This document shows positions 44,311-57,992 of a stretch of DNA of 64,000 nt, one piece after another. The position numbers and the translations under genes are program-made. The number at the start of each line of letters is the position of its first letter. Within the stretch, counting starts at the first letter, position 1. The notes beneath the pieces were generated by a model. That model made no database searches, was not told the DNA's origin, and saw only the letters and a list, made by a program, of their open reading frames with translations. Where the stretch lies: NCBI RefSeq assembly GCF_964355755.1, contig NC_092671.1, positions 25,804,070 through 25,868,069 of the forward strand. Direction: 5' to 3'. This DNA is from Antedon mediterranea. Taxonomy: Eukaryota > Animalia > Echinodermata.

Positions 44311-45825
44311 AACCGGGTTTAGAAAACGAGAAATGCAAAGAAGCTTATGAATATTAATGACCTCCATAGAAATTTGATAATGCTTTTACAGTTTATCTCA
44401 ATGTACGATCACTTAAAACTCTGGTATACCAGATCTTAAGTGGGAAATGGATTTTCGATTTTTTTCATTTTAGAATGATGTTTTGGGGGCTATTAGGTGT
44501 TGTTAGAATGTATATTGTTACAAAATATAAATTGGCCCTTTTGGGGAAAGCCCCCATTTGAAAATCAAAAAAAATTCGCGGGTGACGTCACTTTGCGAAT
44601 ATATTCCTATCCCTCCAATGGACAATTTGCAGTTTTTTGGCTATAACTCTTGAAATCTATGGAGTATTTTCTAAAAAATGCTTGTGCATTTGCAGAAACG
44701 TATTTTTTTAGATAAAATTATTACCGTATAAACGGTTATTCATCGAGTAAATGACGATACCGAAGTTGACCTGGCAACGTTGTCCGGGATACAGCTCCGT
44801 GCGCAATGATGCGTATCCATATTTTCCGTTCGTGTATTTTGTATATCGTTCGTAATTTATACTGCTAAAATGTGTTAGTTTCTTTAGTTTTTAGTTTAGC
44901 AGAATTAAATTAGTAATATGAGATGATAATTTATTTGTCACGAATCAGGCAGTTCGAAAACGAATTTTATTCATATTTTACTTTGGCTTGACAATGAGCG
45001 CAGCAAGTTGTTGATATCGCTTTGGTCCTTGGATGAACATGAAACGGAGCCTCGCCGCATGATGTGGGTGGTGGATCGACTCCGCGCGCTGGATTGGGGG
45101 CCTAGGCCTAGTAAAGGTTTGGGAGGTAGGCCTTCTAAATTCGGGTTTTATAACAAACGAAGTACATTTTAGGGACCTATATTTCAACAACATTAGATAT
45201 TGAATAAATTAGTATTAGTGTCAACGCTTCGCGTATCTTTCCAGGCCGTCGATCATTCACTGACTATCGGGCGGCATACACGCTCTCGATATCATCGTGT
45301 GTATATGTGACGTCGTGAATATAGAGGCTTCCGACGGCCGTTGAAATAGAATATTGCAATGGCGTGAGTAATTTTCGCTAATTTACCATGGTATCTTAAA
45401 ATTTCGTTTTTACTGAAAATACTATACATTTTGTTTTTATTTGTATGGGTTTGTGTTAATTTGATACATTTAAATAACATGTGTGAATTTATTGAAAATC
45501 GAAATTCCATTTCAGGTCCATTTTAATCGCCAATATGATAAACTTCATTTATATGAAACAATCTTAATTTAAATTAACTGTTGCGAGATGGACAGAGTAT
45601 ATATACATAAATCAGTTAATTTCTATAATTCCAAATTCGGAGTTTATTGTTGAATTGAAAAAAAAAATGTATCATCCTTGGTGATTTTAATATTAACCTA
45701 TTTAAAACGGATAATAATAAAATAAATTCTCTAGAATTCTATTTCATAGAATGATGTATACTCGTGTAGAAACTAAATGGTCTCCCCAATGAACTCATTC
45801 ATATGGTTGTAAAGATGTCCCCGGT

Positions 45826-46700
45826 AATTACCGCCCGATTTTAGTTCTTCCAGTAATTAGTGAATCGAAAGGATTTTTTGCAAGTTAACCGCCTTTAAAA
45901 AAAATTGTAATTGTTTTATGAAAACCAGTACGGATTTCGAGAGCGTTATAGCACAAAATTATCGCTTATTAGTTTAATTCGTACATTGATTTCTGACATT
46001 GATCAGGGCAATTCCTCGTTAGGTACTTTTATTGATTTCAGCAAAGCATTCGAAACGATTAACCATGATATTCTTATTTCTAAACTCAAACACTATGGTA
46101 TACGCGGCAACCCGTTACTTTGGTTGACTGATTACTTAAACAATAGAATCTAGCCAAGTCCGTTCCTCCTTACGTAACATAACTTAGGTGTTCCACAGGG
46201 TTCTGTTTTGGGCCCTATTCTTTTCTTAATTTATATAAACGATCTACCAAATTTCCGTTTAGTCTCGCGCCGAGGATTCAAATTTATTTATTTAATAAAT
46301 GGTGTTACTATATTATTTTTGAAAACGGAAGAAACATTTTAAACAAAATTGGATCTCTGTATATTGGAGAGAATGTAATCAATGAAATTGTGTTCCTCAA
46401 GAACTCTTAATTATAATCTACAACTAATTTACTACCACTACTCGTTTATGGCATTGAGGTCTTGGGGTAGCACATATTCTTCTTACTTACATCAATTATT
46501 TCTGCACCTTCGTATTTTGGATGTCTTTAAGTTATATGACCTTCATGTTTTAAAATTTGAATCTGATATATTTTATTGTAGATTGCCTCACCCAAGTTTG
46601 TACTTTTATGTAGCACATATGAAAATACAAGGCTTGAAAATAATTTTGATTTAATTATACCACGATTTCGTACTTCATTTGGTCAATTTGATTTAACATT
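45826..46700 (+). mobile_element. Decayed non-LTR retrotransposon (CR1/L2-group) RT fragment
   Basis: [56 protein letters not shown]. Confidence 0.88.
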
Positions 46701-46869
46701 ACAATCAAAGTGTGTTAATAATTAATGCATTTTACTTTAAAGGCCAAAACTCAAGTAGCAAAAGCCGATTTATTGTGGCCTTTTTTGTTACATTTATTAA
46801 TGAAGTTTTACTGTTTCTGTTATTTTATGATAGTGACAAATAAATAATTTTACACAAATAAAGAATTTA

Positions 46870-47640
46870 CACAAATTAGCCGACTCGTTAAATCAAACAT
46901 TTCACCTCGCCACTGCTCGTACCAAATAAGAAAATCATTCCAGGCCGATTCAGACATCTTGTCGGGGTGATACATCGAAGCATTGGGATATGGACCTACG
47001 TAGTTTGCATTAGTTTGCGTGTTAAATTTATGAGGAAAGTAACCCTTCTTTAACTCTTTAATGCCAAAAGTGTTAGGCAGTTTGGCTAAACCCATCGGTA
47101 AAAATGAAACGAATAGTAGTACCTTTACTTTTAGTAGAAAGAATCTTGCCACCATTATTTATGACATATGGAACAAAACCACATGAATACAAATAACGCA
47201 TTACAAAGTAACTATCATAAGCTTGATAGTTAATGAGCAAGGCATGTAATATTATAACCGTAAGGATATTTTTTGAATACATACTCACAGAACTGGAAGC
47301 ATGCGTTATCACCGTAAAATATTTTAGTCTTTTCTCCACAAACATCACATTCTTCGGAATCTACATAACCGGTTATACAGTCTACACAGCATTTGGAATG
47401 TGTTCACCGGTCTCTTGTAAAACTTCTCCACCGCATTTTTTCTTTCAATATCATTTTTAAAATAGAACATATCTTACAAAAATGTTTAGTGCAATCATGG
47501 CCCTTTTGAATGAAGCGATCACACACATTTTCTAATGATCACAAACAGATACTTTTGGACTAGTAATTTTATGATTAGCAAAGCATTTGTGATTCTTAAA
47601 AAAACATCTACAGTCTTCACAACAAACCGAAGTAGCAGTA
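46870..47640 (-). pseudogene. Polinton-like PolB N-terminal Cys-rich and exonuclease fragment
   Basis: NYQAYDSYFVMRYL, LAKLPNTFGIKELKKGYFPHKFN..NYVGPYP..YHPDKMS; CxxC clusters at 47470-47630. Confidence 0.85.
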
Positions 47641-47685
47641 TCGACAGTAGGAACCGGGTTCACAAGTAAACTTACATTTGATTTG

Positions 47686-47819
47686 ATCTGAGTTTTCTAG
47701 ATCTAGAAAAGTCAGATATCTGGGTTTTCTAGATCTAGAAAAGTCAGATATCTGAGTTTTCTAGATCTAGAAAAGACAGATATCTAAGTTTTCTAGATCT
47801 AGAAAAGACAGATATATCT
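47686..47819. repeat. 32-bp tandem repeat built from two palindromes (4 units)
   Basis: TTTTCTAGATCTAGAAAA alternating with TCAGATATCTGA-type units. Confidence 0.92.
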
Positions 47820-49157
47820 GTATAGGTCAAATTGCTGGGACGTCAAGAATCTGTGGGAAATAACCTTTCTTTAACTCTCTCTAATATCAAAGACTTTTGT
47901 GTTTAAATAAAGGCATCGGTAGAAATAATACAATAATAACCAAGCCTAGAATTTCAAATTCCCAAATTGTAATACTGTATTTGTAGATTTTTGTTTGTTA
48001 ATTAATCTTTAAGTTGTGAGACGGCCAGTCATAGTAACCCAAGTACTGAAGATGAAAGGGTACCAGTGATACACAGCTGCATACAAGATAAGAAGAAAGT
48101 ATCAGTGACGTACGTGAACCACTGAAGAAGAAGAAAGTACGAGTACAGGTCAGTGTTGAGAACTACGAAACATTTTTTTTTATCCAGAATGTTAACATTC
48201 CCTAATATTGAAATTTATTTGTTGTTGTTCTGCTTAAATCTATCTACTTCAATATATTTTTAGGAAATACTAAACCATACCTACAGAAGTGTTTCTGATG
48301 CATCTATTAGCCTCTTTACATCATCATCATCGTCGGTCACCGTCTCCTAGCTCTGGTTCAACATCGTGGCGGTGATGGTCATCTCCTCTGGCCAACTTCG
48401 TCGTTGTCTCTTCTGGTCAACTTTTACCTTAAGAAAATGGCGAAACCTATAATTTTAAAAAGAAAAGAATTGAAACGCTATGGCTCGGACGAAGACGAAG
48501 TTCCCAATAATCGTCTATGATACAGAATAATACGCAACGTACAAAATATAGAAACAGAAGTGGTCCTCATTATGAAATTTAAATTTATGTACAAAACTAA
48601 AATCGGATTATTGTTTTGTCTGTAGACGAAATGCGAAGTTGTATTATTGGTTTATTGCTAATGAATTAAAGTATAATGAAAAATTTAAATTTTAATAATA
48701 TAGTTTGTTTAAATCATATTTGTTATCTGCAATGGTTAATTAAATTTCAGTGAAAAATATTTGTGTACGTACTACTTTTAAAAGGTTATCGATTTTATTA
48801 TGTATATTTTTTGTTGTACTTAGTTTAATGTGAATGTGTTTACCATGGCTCTGTCTACACTCAAATTTAATGCGACAAAAAAAGTGATATCCCCATATTA
48901 ACACAATGACGTCATTTGTCAACTCGCTTGCGTTGCGTCTACGTGCTTGTGGTTCCACAGAGAAGTCTGGAAGTCAGTTCTTCATGACTAAAACATTGAA
49001 TCGCAGGATTCAGGTATTGAGGCAATTCACCGAGTACGCCAGTGACATTGTTTCAAATTTACTTTTTCGGTTCTACTAAAAATGAATGAAATATATAATT
49101 TAAGCGCTCAGTGTGGGAAATCTAGAGTGACAGGTGGCATGTTATCTGTATATAATG

Positions 49158-49316
49158 ACGTTAAACCATTCTTGAATACGTACGTGTGCGACGTTTCGAA
49201 TTCAAACAAATCTCTATCTGGCAACGACTAGATGTTGGTGGTTGCTAGAAGTACTGTAGATTTGAACAAGTTGAGACGCCGCGCGCACACATACGTATTC
49301 ATGAATGGTTTAACGT
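49158..49316. repeat. Palindromic MITE-like element
   Basis: ACGTTAAACCATTC.TGAATACGTA.GTGTGCG ... CGCACACATACGTATTCATGAATGGTTTAACGT. Confidence 0.7.
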
Positions 49317-50439
49317 AAAGCATTGTATATATTTTTCGAAGATGGTGTGCTATTTATTGTATAATAATGTTTGAGAAGTAAATTAGTACGTCAACAGCCT
49401 TTCACAATTCACATGTATTTTGAAAGATATTATTATATAAATGATTTTTTAAAAATATATATATTGTATTGGCTGATGCATAGATTAGTTTACCCTTTAG
49501 TATAAATAAAAACTAGCCACTAGTCGTCAATTGACATATGGATTTGTTATCCCATACCATAGTTATAAGTTGACCAATGAAGCCATCTGGAATAGGCCTA
49601 ACCTTTAATGTTAACATCAACACATGAAAATAAAATGTCTGGAGAAAATCTACAATGTCTATTAAATAAAGGTGATTGGGACATACCTTTTAATATCTTC
49701 TGGAACATTGGTCCTAGTGAATGTGAATTACATCCGTAACGTTTAATGTGGCTCCTAAACACTGCTTTCATGGTGAGAACTATTTTTCACGGAACCCTCA
49801 GTAGTCAGGTGGCTTAGCAATTTTAACGTTACCGGCCGGACAAAAGTACCAAAATTGGCATGGAGTTTCCTTTCAACCTATCTATTGATTTTATCCGTGG
49901 AACCCACTTGATCGGTTCCGATTTTCCAAGATGGCTGCCAAAATCCAAGATGGCCGCCAGAAAAAAGGAAATGCCATATATCTGGCTGTAAAACTCGTAA
50001 ATCAACAAATGGGGTGTCAATTTAAGGGTTTCTGGGGTCAATAAAACAGATGCTGGTTATGCCATATTGCTCAGACCACCTATTTCCAAGATGGCGGCCA
50101 AATTTCAAAATGGCCCCCAAAAAAGGGAAATGTTGTGTATGGCACTGTAAAAATCGGAAATGAACAAATGAGATATTAATTCAGGGGTTTCTGGGTTCAC
50201 CGAAACAGATGCTGGTCAAGCCATTTTGCTCAGGTCACCCATTTCTAAAATGGCGGCCAAATTTCAAAATGGCTGCCAAAAAAACCCCAAAATTTTGTGT
50301 AGGCATATGTGGGTTAAAAATCAGAAATTAACAAAAATAATGTATGAAAAAGGTTTACTTGGCTCGACTTGTTAATGGTTATTGAACTTCTATAATAGCT
50401 ACATTACAGTTTACAGTTAAGTACAGTTGATTTACCCTA

Positions 50440-52523
50440 TTTGGATGAACATGTGCACCGGCAAAGAGATGTGCAAGGCAGATTTGCCTTGCTGCATTTG
50501 CAGACTGTACAGGCCCTTTTGCAGCCACATTTCACAAATTCTCTGCAAGCTTTAGATGCCTCTGGACCAGACCGGTTCAAATGAGTTCCCAACTTTCACC
50601 CATGCATAGTCGGTTAGACACGGAATTGTTTGTTGAGATAACATGCATGTTGTCCAGATGCCAGCTTGGTATACGGCCCTCCTAGTGCATTCTGAGTAGG
50701 TGGTATCTTGTCAACAGCTTGCCGTTTCTGGCTGAACACTTCCATCCGAGCACAGTTAACATTCATGGCGTTACTTGTTTTGTCATAAACTACGACAACT
50801 AGTCTCTCGATTCTTTGAAATGATTCAGAATGTAAGTGAAGATGCTCAAACGGATGTGCGGCAAAATGAAGAAAGGCATCCGTAACTTCGTCATACGCAC
50901 TCCATGCCTGCCAAAACGATTTCTTCCCTTTACCTCTAAACGCTGAGGTAGTATTACATCCTGACAGTGAGTGGAAAATTGGCAGGGAACGTGGTTTACG
51001 TTCACCGAGATGTGCACAAATGGCGTTGATACTGTAATGAGTGTAGTTCTTTCCAGTTCCAAATGCTATCCAGAGATCAAGATCAGCATTTATCTGAGAG
51101 AGGTCATGAAACACACCGATAAGAACAACGACAACATCTGTATCCACAGTTCGCACCTGGATGGATTTTGCTCCATTTTCCAACCCGTGCTTCACGTGAA
51201 CCACAATCCTAGTGTCTGCTTCCTCTTGATGACAGCTGGACATTTTGAACTGCGTTCCAACATGTAACATGCTCTCCAGATGTGATATATACCGAACACT
51301 CAGGAGGGATGCTGCAATCCGCAACTTTTGATGAAAGGAATTCAAAAAGTTCTTCCTTGTTGATTGGATCACGGAGGAAGTCATTCCAGGTGCCCGGCAG
51401 TTTGGTATCACCTGATACTTTTCTACGCACACCTTTGCCTCGTTTCTCCCTGGTTCCCTCCTTAAGGCTATCTGTTCGGTATTCGTCCCACACAACATCC
51501 ACTCGCTTTGTGTTACGTAGCTGCCGTTTCAGATGGGGTATAAACACGTTGTCAGCCTATTCTTTGAATGTTGAGACATCGCACCATCCAGAACTTTGCA
51601 GTCATATAATACAGGTGCCTCTGTGTGGTTTGATTCGATACATTGTAACAGATGACATTTGGTACCAGACAGATTAAGCTTTCCAAACTCAGACAGGGAT
51701 GGAGGATACGACTGTACTTCGTGTGCAAAGAATTCACTGATGTCACCATCTCTATTTTGTAAGGAAATGTATAACTGGCCGAAGAGTGCCACATTGTTCT
51801 CAAGCACCTTTACTTTCTTGCAATCCTTTGATTTGACTTTGAGCTTTATTGAGAGCAAGGGTAGTGAACACACGTTGAGAAGTTCTCTTGAGTTCTTTGA
51901 GATCGTACATGTATGGAACGACTACGATCCACGAGCACGGTCTTCACATACTCTTGACACTTCTTTGTACCTGTATCTTCTAGTGTACGGATTGTATCCA
52001 CTACTGCCTCATTCGCGCAGTTACGACTATCAAGAGTTACCAACTCAGGGAAGTCATCCAGGAAGGGATTTCCTATCTTGCGTATTGTGTTAGATAGACT
52101 ATCAACCTGTCGCTGGAAGGTTTTCTGTGCTACAAGTCCCTGTTCATGGTGTTCAAAGTTAGCTGGGTTTTCCGGATCATCGTCATGAATATATTTATTC
52201 TCATACTGTCTGGCAAGCTCGGGTCCGGCAGTCATCCAGCGTCTGAAGGCAACTGGATTCTCTGTAAGTCCTACTACACCACCGGATGCATTCTCCACTT
52301 TATTCTCTTGCTCATGCGCTTGGTCTATTGAAATCGCAGAGTATCTGTGTAACAACTTTGCGATTGTCCAGTGATTCCAAGTTTCAAACTCATATTTGAT
52401 CTCTTGTGGCAATGCCTTCATGTCTCTAATGTGTACAGGCAGCCACCGGGAATAGTTCACATGATCTAACGCAAAGAACAATGGCACGAGTGCCTCTAAT
52501 ACAGAAACATATTCAAGAAACAT
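50440..52523 (-). pseudogene. AcademX protein remnant (transposase C-terminal part, XPG nuclease, Cys8 finger), multiple frameshifts
   Basis: FFALDHVNYSRW, IDQAHEQENK..GGVVGLT, VLDG, DVVWDEY..SLK, HQEEADTR, VDTDVVV, FHSLSGCNTTSAF.GKGK, IPPT, CGCK..C..CKC....LPCTSLCRC. Confidence 0.87.
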
Positions 52524-52727
52524 TTATTGACCAAAAATATTATATAACATTAACAATGGTTTGCATATAATATATATAGTCGAGAGACTACAAAAGGCCC
52601 GATGGGCCTGTCGCTGTAGTCCCTCTTTACATTATACAAATAATAATAAACATACAATAGGAAGTCTGAAAAATATGAGAATCATAATCTCATAGTGTGC
52701 GATCATGTTCCAGAACTTGAACGTGGG

Positions 52728-53396
52728 CCATTTTAAAATTTGACCGCCATCTTGGAAATGAGTGACCTGAGCAAAATGGATTGACCAGTAGCTGTTTCAG
52801 TAACCTCAGATACCGCTGAATTGACACCTTATTTGTTCATTTATGATTTGTACAGCCTTATATACAATATTTCCTTTTTTTTGGCACCCATTTTGAAATT
52901 TGGCCGCCATCTTGGAACTGGGTGACCTGAGCAAAATGGGTTGACCAGCATCTATTTCAGTGACCTCAGAAACCCCTGAATTGACACCTCATTTGTTCAT
53001 TTCTGATTTTTACAGTCTGATATATGACATTTGATTTTTTTGGCGGCCATTTTGAAATTTGGCCGCCATCTTGGAATTGGGTGACCTGAGCAAAATGGGT
53101 TGACCAGCATCTATTACAGTGACCTCAGAAACCCCTGAATTGACACCTCATTTGTTCATTTCTGATTTTTACAGTCTGATATATGACATTTGATTTTTTT
53201 GGCGGCCATTTTGAAATTTGGCCGCCATCTTGGAAATTGGTGGTCTGAGCAACATGACATGACCAGCTTCTGTTTTAGTGACCCCCAGAAACCCTAACAT
53301 TGACACCCCATTTGTTGATTTATGAGTCTTACAGCCAGATATATGGCATTTCCATTTTTCTGGCGGCCATCTTGGATTTTGGCCGCCATCTTGGAA
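52728..53396. repeat. ~160-bp subterminal tandem repeats of Academ element (about 4 units; inverted copies at ~49925-50340)
   Basis: TTTTGAAATTTGGCCGCCATCTTGGAA recurs at ~52731, 52891, 53050, 53209. Confidence 0.9.
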
Positions 53397-54019
53397 AATC
53401 GGACCCGATCAAGTGGGTTCCACGGATAAAATCAATAGATAGGCCGAAAGGAAACTCCCAGCCAAATTTGGTACTTTTGTCCGGCCGGTAACGTTAATCC
53501 TGAAAATTGTTGCTAAGCCACCTGACTTTAAACTGGTTTTCCATAATTGACGCCATGCTCGTAGCAAGGAGGGTTTTTACAGCGAATCCCCTTAACCGAA
53601 TGCGAACTCCTATCCTCCACATGCCCATACCCCCACCTCTTCTTTGAAGCGTAACTCACAGTACAACAAGTTATCAAATTGAACAATTCGTAAACTCGTT
53701 CGTGAACAACTCATAACTTCTTTCCAGCGCACATACCACTCAAGAGTGCTCAAGGCGCATTTAAAAATAAAAAACAATTCATTCAAGTTCCTGACAAATA
53801 AAATGCAATCCCCATCCGTTCTCGTTCTGTCGCGGCCCCGGGCACCTACCTAGGTGATCAAACAAAGGAGCTGGATACACATTTGCCTTGTTGCCACAGG
53901 ATGCTCAGAGACAACAACCAAGACAGAGGCACCCCAAAGATAATGCTGGCCAGGAAAAAGTATACAGTGTACTATACAATTCTAGTCTAAAACTTTAAGA
54001 AACCTCATGATTTCCATAT

Positions 54020-56060
54020 GCCTTAATGAATAAATGTGTTTTTAATAATTTTTTGGAAGTATCAACAGTTTCCATAGTCGAGGAGCCGTAACGGTGAAAG
54101 CTCGATCTCCTCATGAGTGGTGAGACTTATACTGATGTAGAAGCAGCGTATCACTAGAACGCAGATTACGCAGTGACAAAAGCATGAACAAGTTGTTTAG
54201 CTGCTGTCTCATTAATAAACTTGCGAATACTTCGGATGTTTCTTAAGTGAAAAGACGACGCAGAAATGGTTTTTGAGATGAGAAATCATAGTCACACCCA
54301 TATCTATTTCAACCACAAGATTTCTAACCTGCCTAGCCGGGTCAATTTGGGTTTCACCAATGTAGATAAAACTTGGTGGCAGTTTTTCCAACCGCTGTTG
54401 TGATCCGAAGAGAAAATATTCTGTTTTTTCCTCGTTTAATTTAAAAAAGTTGTTTTTCATCCAGACACTCAATTCATAGATACAATGTTGGAGCAATTCT
54501 AAAGAAATGTCACTGTGTGTCATTGTAGGTTTAAATAAAATATAACGCTGACTATCGTCACCATAAACATGATAGTAGAGATCATATTTACTAATGATAT
54601 CCCGTATCGGGTGTAAATACATTGTAAAACCATTGCGGCCCAAGAACAGATCCTTGTTGTACCGAAAAGTTTTAAAAAGAAGCTTTTGAGATAGCATCAC
54701 CAATACATACGTGTCGAGCGCTTTTTTTCAAATATGACTGGCACCAATCAAGTGCATTTCTTTCAATACCAATATACGTACTGAGTCTATTTAACAACAC
54801 AGAATGGTCAACCGTATCAAATGCTGCACCATCCATCGCACGTACTGTAGGATATCGTTATTTACACGAAGTAATGCCGTTTCATTACTATGATGCACTC
54901 TTGTAGGCAGATTTCCTCCTCACTTGCAGGTTCAAACTGTATGGACCTAGTTAAACCATAAGATATATTACATTTATCAGAAGCAGTTATAACTTCTGCT
55001 GTATTTTCATTTTCTAGAGAATCACGAATTGATTTAATTTTACTTACAAAAACAACACAGTAAATCTTTTAGCAAGAGCTTCATCTGAGACACAGACGAA
55101 GGAAGGAGCGATGTAAGTTTATTTACTAAATTGAAAAGTTTCTTTTGATCACCTGTGCAGTAACTAACCAGACTAGAGTAATACCGCGTCTTGGCCTTTT
55201 CAATCAGTCCGTTTACTACGCATCTTTGGTCACAGTATTCCTATCTATCCTTAAGAAGCTTTAATTTCATCCACTTACGTTCAAGTTGACGACGTACTTT
55301 CCGTTCAGATCGAATTTCATCTGTATACCACGGTTTAGCTTCCCTTTGCCTACTTGTTTTTTTTTTTGAACTGGTGCATATAAATCAAGTACAGCTCTGA
55401 GATCAGAATAGCTTTCTACACTATCTTCAAGAATTACACTTACATCGGTTATATTAGACTCACAAGCTTGAATGTCATTTGTAAATTTCTCAATATCAAT
55501 TTGTTTTAGGTTGCGACCTTTTCTTACAGTTTTATGTGTTGTGGGCCGTTTAAGAACAAACTTGTAAAATATGGCAAAATGATCTGACAGGTCAGGGTGT
55601 ATCTTTACATCCGAGAGCAGTAGATCATCTCTAGTGATGATTAGGTCGAGGCAGTGCCCACTACAGTGTAAGGGTTCATTTATATGCTGCTGGAGACCAA
55701 ACGATTTAAGCAGTCCTTTAAATCTATTCGCTGCCACATTTTTAGTATTATCCATTATGAATATTGAAATCTCCACAAAAAAACAATTTCAGACGAAAAG
55801 AGAATAGTCAAACAACATTTTTTCAAAGTCATTGAGAAATTCTGGTGGTCGATATATGTTAACTAAATGAAGAGATTTCGATTAATCTGCACATGTATAG
55901 CTTCAAATGATGCATATAATTATATGTAAATCAGTTTTCATGTTTACAACTAAGCTAGACTTAGACAAATCTCCAACACCACCCCCTGTTTTGTCCACCC
56001 TAGGGACATGCACAAAGCAGTTAAAGTGGAGTGGAGTTAAATCTCCAATCCATTTTTATT
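54020..56060 (-). mobile_element. Decayed L2-clade LINE ORF2 (APE endonuclease + RT)
   Basis: GHCLDLIITR, LSDHFAI (APE); AFDTVDH, YGDDSQ, KLNEEKTE (RT); many stops and deletions. Confidence 0.85.
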
Positions 56061-56210
56061 AGTGTTGGTTGAGAATTAGACATGTCAATCCTCGCCATTT
56101 CTTTTGCCCCATGTATACCATTAGTATTAGCTTGGCATTCAGGCCTTGTATTGTAGATACCAGGTGTGATTCCTATAGCTACATCGTATATCTTTTTTTT
56201 CGTTTTTCGT

Positions 56211-56287
56211 TTTAGTCGCGTGCAACGCGACGCTACAGCTCACTTTGTCGGTCGGTCGGTAAACACTAATTTGTATATGGCCTTGTC
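56211..56287 (+). mobile_element. HINE/DINE-like short element, second copy
   Basis: TTTTAGTCGCGTGCAACGCGAC..(GTCG)n..GGCCTTGT. Confidence 0.55.
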
Positions 56288-57854
56288 TTAGTTTCATCTA
56301 GCCAAGTCAGTTTTGCACAGTATATTCCTTATGGCCAGGAATCGATGTGGTTATATTTTCATGGTGCGCAGTCCCACGTCAAGTCGGCTCCAAGTCAACT
56401 CGGCCCCCCGTCAACTCGGCCTCAAAAAGTATTAGGCCTACATATTACAATGGCAGGATATAGTACGGTTAGGCCTACATAATAGACGAAATAAAACGGA
56501 AATTTCAATGTAAATTATAACACACTGGACCTGATCGTTTTTTTTTGTTTAATTGATAGGTAGTATTTATTTATATTGTTGGTTAGTCTTAGTAAGAACC
56601 CTCAGTAATGTGTTTGTTATTAGATCTATTTTTTGATACAAGGATGTTCCCAGAAAGAATCGAAATATTCTTAGAAGGCCTATATATTATATAGATATTA
56701 TTAGATTAATACAGTAAAATAAAAATGTTTTTTTTTTGTATGTATTCTCTCTCAAATTATTAGCAATATGTCACGGTCAAAGTGAATAACTATATGTGAC
56801 ATTAAAATGGTATATTACAGTAACAAAATCTTTCACACATTTATTTTTTCGGGGGTACAATGACGATGTCAATCAAACTACCGAAGAGATTATGGAAACA
56901 AATTCGGAATGTTCTGTCATGTTAAAGTTCTATTGCAATTGTGCGCTATTCAAATTGTTTTTATTACTTTTGTGATTTGATTAAAATGGAGAATCCAACG
57001 AATACATTTTATGTATGGGAAATTAATCTAAAACACACTGAAGAAATCATCATGAAAAATGGCGTATTTTTATTTTGTCAAGCAAAAACATTCGCCTTTT
57101 ACTAAAGATTTCCGTGTAGAGGAAAAACTGAGTTTTAACTCAATTTGTCTCAACCCTTGTTTTTTCTAACGAGGGTAATTATGAAGTGTTAACGTCAGAA
57201 CTATTATTATTTAATTATTGTCAAGACAACCTACGAGATATACATTTATATTCTCAATGGTGATTTGTAGAATAAACTTTATTTGGTCAAGACGAAGCAG
57301 CTACACCGTACACATTATGATGTATTTTTAAATTAAATCACAGGCCTAAAAAATTACTAATAATTAGAGTCTTTAATTTTTTAAATACGTAGCGACGAAC
57401 GCGATTATCAACTTCAATAACTATTTTAAATATACAAATTAAGGCATGGGTTTTGTACTTTTTTCCACGTGTTGTTAATATTTATGTTACTATTTTTATA
57501 ATAATTTCTTTAACCTATATTAAGATACTTTAAACTTTTAGTGTTAAAAATTCCAATACAGGTTCAACAATACAGTACTAACTTTTGTTAATAACACAGA
57601 ATATTTGAAACCTATTTATTTTGATAGGTAATTTTATACATACAGTATTCCCATTGTCACAAGTTTTTCGTTACTCTGGTTTCTCTGCATCACGTATACA
57701 TCTTTCGCCTTTTACTAAAGATTTCCGTGTAGAGGAACAACTATTGAGTTTTAACTCAATTTTTCTCAACCCTTGTATTTCTACAAGGATAATTTATGAA
57801 ATAAGAGTAGAATAACATTGTTTATATAATTTGGTGAGGGTGGGATTACCAGTA

Positions 57855-57992
57855 AAGCTTGGTTCCCACACGCAATGTAAGTGATTTGACCAATCATAAG
57901 CGATGGATTATTCGAACAGTAGCTTGTCATTGGTCAACTCGCTTCCGTTGCACGTACGTCCTTGTGTTGCGTTTCTAGTGGGAACCACGCTT
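57855..57992. mobile_element. MITE, AAGCTTGGTTCCCAC family
   Basis: TA|AAGCTTGGTTCCCAC...GTGGGAACCACGCTT|TA. Confidence 0.8.

Larger units (their letters stand above)
49802..53528 (-). mobile_element. AcademX DNA transposon, internally deleted
   Basis: TAGTCAGGTGGCTTAGCAA...TTGCTAAGCCACCTGACT(T) termini, ~500-bp imperfect TIRs with ~160-bp subterminal repeats, internal Academ/XPG/Cys8 coding remnant; TSD not evident. Confidence 0.88.

Noticed and set aside
48044-48140. Further hammerhead cores (CTGAAGA..GAAA)
   Set aside because: No helix II or helix I pairing around the motifs.
49829-53491. Paired ORFs MTP..LLIYE..LVLLSGR at 49829-50041 and 53300-53491
   Set aside because: Mirror translations of the Academ TIRs, not genes.
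8926-53528. TIR elements encoding a FEN1/XPG nuclease as a wholly new transposon class
   Set aside because: TAG..CTA termini, 3-bp TSD, XPG and Cys8 finger match the described AcademX lineage; only the fold-back architecture is flagged as unusual.
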